Origin: Amoebophrya sp. A120
Lineage: Eukaryota > Protista > Dinoflagellata
DNA: 64,000 nucleotides
Assembly (NCBI GenBank): GCA_905178155.1
Contig: CAJINV010000008.1
Span: 2,108,001-2,172,000 of the forward strand
Direction: 5' to 3'
The notes under the pieces are model-generated. The model searched no databases, was not told where the DNA came from, and saw only the letters and a program-made list of their open reading frames with translations. The stretch's first letter is position 1, and each line of letters begins with the position of its first letter. Shown here one piece after another: positions 59,601 to 64,000 of the stretch. Position numbers and translations under genes: made by a program.

Positions 59601-61514
59601 CGCCGTAGAGTTCTTCTCGCACGACAAAGAATTGTGTACGACGAGGCGTGCGTCTGCAGGACGCGACGCTGAGCACTATTTCTTAGGTCATCATGACGAA
59701 TCATGTTGTTCAGGACTACAGATGCGCTCCTAGGGGCGGGGGCGCAATTGTGTTGGAGGGTCTTTTATGCGCAGCCAAAACCGCACGTGGATGCAAGAGA
59801 TTCTCAACATGACAAGTGGGTTCAATCCCGACTACTGGACGGTGGCGAAGGTGCTGGAAACCTTTCCAACCGTGAGAGTGCTGCCGCGGATAAACATGAA
59901 AGACAACAGATTCCCGGACATAAAGGATGATTGGGAGTTAAGGCACCACGTTCGGTATCTCTTACAGGAACTCGCCGCTTTCGCTTTTCGCACCACACAT
60001 GCATTAATAATTTTACCTAGCATGCGATAATGAAATGAGCCTCCCTGTTGAGCGAATGTGGTGTGGTAAAAATCTAAATCAGTGGTCCACCCGCATCGGC
60101 ATTGTTGAACAGTGTGACAGCACTATGGGCTTGGCCTTGACAAACACGCCTATATACTTAAATACTTATATTGCTTTTGCATGCTTGATGACACGAAACT
60201 GACTGTGACAACCGATTGCAAAGGCAATAATTTTCTGTGTGATACTTGGCAAATCATGGAACCGGTTATTTGGGTCAGCAACGCAAAGCCAAACTCTTGG
60301 GAACAGGAAAGTTGGTGGGAATGAAGAAAGGGCTTCGACCGCTCTGCACGAGGTCTCTCATAGTCGAAGAGAATACATCCAATTGGCCCCCAATGCTGCA
60401 TAGGTTCATCGCAGGGTGTGTCTTCACGTCCTGTTTACTATCTGAGTCTTCATCTTCGTGATAACCTGAATGAGTGCTGCTCAATACTTACATTCATATG
60501 TAGTGAGGTCACGAACGTTCTATCCTAGCTGTTTTTTTGACATGTCTCATCCAAAACGACCGGCAGTTTTCAAGCGGACGGAAGTGTTTTTGGACATAAA
60601 AGATTTTCAATTATCAAGCGGCCAGAGCTTTAGCGGCAAAATACCCCGAGCGGATTGTATCGATTCCCCCTTGATAAAACGACGCAGGGGAGCCGGCAAA
60701 AGGGGCGCCCTTCTGAGGCGCCCGCCGCCTTGGTTTCTGGCGGTTTGGGACGCCCAAAAAGGAGCGCCCAAAAAGCAGCAGTCCGAAAAAAACAGCGAGT
60801 CCGCATGGTATGGGCCTCATTTAGGCCCACACTCCGGCCCTGCAAAAGACGCAACAAAGATCCGCCATTTCAGAGGCAGAGTGAAGGCCAGAAGATGCGG
60901 CATTTTAACAAAAAAACAAAAAAGACCAAAGTCCGCGAAAAGCAAAAAGCCAATCCGCATGCTAAGGGCCCGACTTGGGGCTCCCAAGGGGCCGACCCTT
61001 GTGGGGGCTCTGGCGGGGCCATAGCACGCGGGGAAGGAAGGTTTTTCGATTCGAAACCAAATGGAGGCCAGCGCTGGATCGAGATTTTTAGCGACCGCCG
61101 TGCCGTCGTGCATAACATTACTCACGATGGCATGGTGGGCATAGAAGTCGCGTCTTTTTTTGGTGTGAAGACAAAAAAACCGCCATGACCTCACTACCCC
61201 CGCTGAGGCGGCTATTATTGGTAGTGTCTCCTGCTGGCCACAAAATGCATTGCGATTGACGTAGCACTGCTGAATTTTAATAAAGTTCTTGCATCTTGTT
61301 CTACTTCGAAGACCATGTAGTCAGATCCTGGGTGCATGAGCGCTCGGCGTATCGGCATCGAAGGGGTTTGTCGTGCCTTATAACGCGGAAGCAGAAGAAA
61401 GAAACCCAAGTGGATCTTCATTATTGGCAAGACGAGATGGGGGGCGCCGCCCGCACTGGGATGTACATCGCTTTCACAAATCGCGCTGCTCGTGTTGAAA
61501 TTAACGCTGAATAG
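44635..61514 (+). CDS. Multi-exon membrane-anchored protein with a putative glycosyltransferase-like domain; whether 44635-48.7k and 49.2k-61.5k are one gene or two is uncertain
   Basis: N-terminal hydrophobic anchor; AFLLFGG..RDR|FDVFIHNW..YEYVMVTRADML; in-frame joins across introners at 45024, 45922, 47527 and 50227 (RIRF|LLRPYRGVVDPS). Confidence 0.5.
45024..45308 (+). mobile_element. Introner
   Basis: IR TATCCCGTGTAAAAACATCCCC..CCAGAGT / ACTCTGG..GGGGCGTTTTTAATCAGGATA; DR ACCTA; frame restored. Confidence 0.85.
45922..46262 (+). mobile_element. Introner
   Basis: IR TACCCTGCGTAAAAACGT / ACGTTTTTACGCAGGATA; DR ATCGG/ACCGG; 341 nt corrects the frame. Confidence 0.85.
47527..47783 (+). mobile_element. 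Introner
   Basis: IR GTTACAATCTCAAACGTTACAAT / ATTGTAACGTTTGAGATTGTAAC; DR TGGCA; NLIW|HIRYW. Confidence 0.8.
47837..48052 (+). mobile_element. Introner (IR clear, DR degenerate)
   Basis: TATCATATTGCAAGAAAAAAGTGTTACAG..ACACA / TGTGTAACTGTAGCGCTTTTTTCTCGTGATA. Confidence 0.65.
50307..50578. repeat. Foldback minisatellite (~12-bp unit in both orientations)
   Basis: GGGGTATGTTC repeats 50307-50350, inverted CAYACCCCRGA repeats 50416-50578. Confidence 0.8.
50631..52610. repeat. GC-rich tandem satellite, ~92-bp unit, ~21 copies, each a strong hairpin
   Basis: GGCCAAGGGGCGAAAGCCCTAGGCCAGCGCGGGGACTCGGTCCCCGCGTCATGGCCTAGGGGCCAG..; period 92 (51421 to 51513); N at 52221. Confidence 0.95.
53109..55411 (+). 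pseudogene. Non-LTR reverse transcriptase (5' truncated; ORF-track start at 52997 is host intron sequence)
   Basis: NYRPVALL, FIDFCKAYDSL, GIRQGSSLSPLLF, GYVDDL, GLTLNADKT, FKYLG, EIARR, LYNAETW. Confidence 0.92.
56094..57384 (+). pseudogene. LINE RNase H and C-terminal zinc knuckle (frameshift near 56620)
   Basis: VATDGG, EAERTAV, LLVDNSGVI, then in another frame TPSHVGVRLNTMADEL and CRNCG..HLIFGTC. Confidence 0.8.
60503..61194. mobile_element. MITE-like insertion with short TIRs and TA flanks
   Basis: TA|GTGAGGTCACG ... CATGACCTCAC|TA; left subterminal sequence resembles ~22599-22670. Confidence 0.6.
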
Positions 61515-61963
61515 AATGCCGTTGGGTCACAGTGTCTTTTACTCCACCGGCAGAAAACCTTCGCTGTCGGAATCCATTTTGTGTAAGATCGGACGTGTGC
61601 GCCCTTCTCTAATGTTCACACGCTTGATCCACGTCTCCTTATCAAAAGAGCGCGATCTTCGCAATAGGATAAGGATCAATTATTATGATCAGCGGAAAAA
61701 CTCAACCTGTGAAGTCAGTCGGAATACTAACTACTTATGCATGAATCATACACTACTTAACACGGCAATTTTAGCCTGCAGCTGTAGTTGCACAAAAATA
61801 AGTAGCTTCTGGAGGCGGGATCCTCCACGCTAGCAATTTGACGAGAACGAAGAGAATGCTCCGCATCAGCGTGCTGCGAGAAAACGCGGCACAGCAGGAA
61901 ACGCGTCTTTGGCAGACATCTGCGGAGGCCCCGACGAGTTTCGCGCTGCGTTTTGAGAGAATA

Positions 61964-62922
61964 ATGAAGCGTCTTTCGCTTTTATCCCTAGGCGCGACCG
62001 TGCCGCAGTTTGCCTTGGGTTCCTGCCCTTTGACCCCCAACTGCAACTTTCCTGACAACGGGTCGTGCGGCAACGCGTGCTGCTTTATGAGTTTCGCTTT
62101 TCTGGGTTACGAACCCGGCGAGGTGAAAGACGCGATCTTCGAAAAGCTGGCCCCGCAAACCGCGGGCGGGCCGGACGGGGGCTACACTTTGCAGTACTTG
62201 GACGGCGGCAGCTACGGGTTTACCAACTTCAGCTTCCCCGCCCCGGTGGACCAGACCCGCTATACTAAGATCGCCTTCATTGGACAAGCGTGGCACGAGA
62301 CGGACGGCGCAATTTCAAAGCTGCAGCACAAGAAAATAATCACACGGTACAACGACATATCGAATACAAATGCAAAGCATCTTTAAATATCGATGTGGGC
62401 GGTGCTCTGGAAAATAATTCGTCATGCCAAATTATTGTCGTGAATCAAGAAATACGGCTCTGGTGCTCGTGAAGTATGCTCCCAGAAGTTTTTTCTTGCA
62501 CATCGGAAGCTACTAGTTCTTGCGTACTGTGTTTGCATCACAAACCAGTGCTGCCTAGCGGTGGCCTGATGTCGACGACAGGGTATATTTATTTTTCGTG
62601 TCATCCGACCCAGTCGTGCAGGTTCCAGGTTTTCACGTACTTGCGCATTTGCAAAAATGCATATCACACCATGAACTTCCTGATTTACGTGGCGAACAAA
62701 AAGTACGCTAAAGAGGTGGGCGAACGATTCGGCAAGACTACTACGGTGGTGCGGGTCACGTCCACATCGCAAATCGGCGGCGCGTACGGGGATTCTGGGC
62801 AAAACTTTTGCAACATTATTACGCTGATGAACGCGGTGCCGCTGAAGCATTATCCCAAGAAAAATAGGTCGTCGGCCATCCCGTCGAACTTGCCGTTTTG
62901 CGATCTTTTTTTGAGAACATGA
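61964..62922 (+). CDS. Secreted Cys-containing protein of unknown function; exons 61964-62357, 62669-~62850 (3' end uncertain)
   Basis: Signal-peptide-like MKRLSLLSLGATVPQFALG; SCGNACC, GGPDGGY, FIGQAWH, YND|TMNF, SQIGGAYGDSGQNF joined across the 311-nt intron 62358-62668. Confidence 0.65.
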
Positions 62923-63662
62923 GCATGACTTTTTGTGGTGCCGGAATAACGTCAGGCCATGCATTGGGTGTACAGTCCATGCCTAGTTTGTCTCCTATTT
63001 TGGCATGGCAATGAAACTTGACGATTGGTGGAATAGCGGCGCGTTGTTTGTGCAAACGTACAGCGCCCACTTTTTAAACAAAATTTCTTGTAGTTGTGAA
63101 ATTTGTGCAATTTTTCTTCAACTGCAAATAGAAATTCCGATAGCGACAGGATTGTTTTCATTCGATTAGAGCCACGAAATCTCCACCGACCGGTACGGCT
63201 GCCCATTTTCCGCATATGGACGGCTCAGCTGTCACAATCTCAAAAGTGACAATTTCTGATGCAAAACTCGGAAGATCCACTGTTTGTCACGGGATCTCCT
63301 GTCGGGATGCTTTTTTTGTGCGGCATTTTCATTGAACTAAAGATAAGTCGGAAAAATGCAAGCCGTGCGAAATAATCTTCTATCATGCGAAAAGTTCTTG
63401 AAGTGCACGGGTATTTCATTTCTGTTGCACTTGTGATGCGAAGCTGATGCTGAAGTGCAATTTCGACGGTCATGTGTACAACATGCGTCGCTTTTGATAT
63501 CTTTGTGAAGCCTTAGGCTGAGCAACTGATACTGTGCCATCAGAGGTTCTCTCTACGACAACTGGCGAGATGAACACGGTGGTGTTGAGCGAATCTGCAC
63601 AATCTCCAGCTAGTGCTACGGCGCCGGGCTGGGTGAGCGAAGAGGATTCAACATCCGCGGCG

Positions 63663-63847
63663 TATCACACAGAAAAAAGCTCCCAGGCCAAGATGTTTGT
63701 ATATGCAAAATATATACGCGCAACGTTCTCTCTTGCATAGCCCAACCGCCATGCTATTGGCCTGTATATGGCAGATTTTGTGCTTATTCATTTTCGCATC
63801 CAAAATTATGCCCTGGTAGCTTTTTGTTTTTTCTCTGGGATACGGCA
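63663..63847 (+). mobile_element. Introner, same family as 5212, in a gene running off the window end
   Basis: TATCACACAGAAAAAAGCT / TTTTTTCTCTGGGATA; DR CGGCG/CGGCA; removal gives an open frame EDSTSAA|RQTSTSARNVEG to the window end. Confidence 0.8.
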
Positions 63848-64000
63848 CGGCAGACGAGCACTTCTGCGCGAAATGTTGAAGGTCGCAGAAGGGCAGGAAA
63901 ACTACTACCCGAAGTTAGTACGCGTACTGCAGAACAAGTGTCCTCCTCATTATGCAAGGAAACGAACAAGAGTGAGTTTGCTAGTGTAACTGTTCTAGGG

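Overview
Eukaryotic (protist) genomic DNA. Gene style and intron type strongly suggest a syndinian dinoflagellate such as Amoebophrya; this is inference, not a database match. About 10 protein-coding genes lie on the + strand. They include a ~2,750-aa VWA/Cache (alpha2delta-like) + Thr-mucin + TM receptor-like protein with six SAM-like repeats, an ankyrin+C2 protein, a membrane-anchored GH5 glycoside hydrolase, small membrane proteins, a giant coiled-coil protein and a putative glycosyltransferase-like gene. The ORF track fragments these genes because they are split by non-canonical introns, which lack GT-AG where I tested the boundary. Many of these introns are MITE-like 'introners' with terminal inverted repeats (usually TATC...GATA) flanked by ~5-bp direct repeats; removing the element plus one repeat copy restores the reading frame. 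Unrelated introner families share an internal TTGTCATG/CATGACAA motif. Some introners host other elements. One holds a copia-derived mini-element. Another, 8.4 kb long, holds a foldback minisatellite, a 92-bp hairpin satellite and a 5'-truncated RT+RNaseH LINE.
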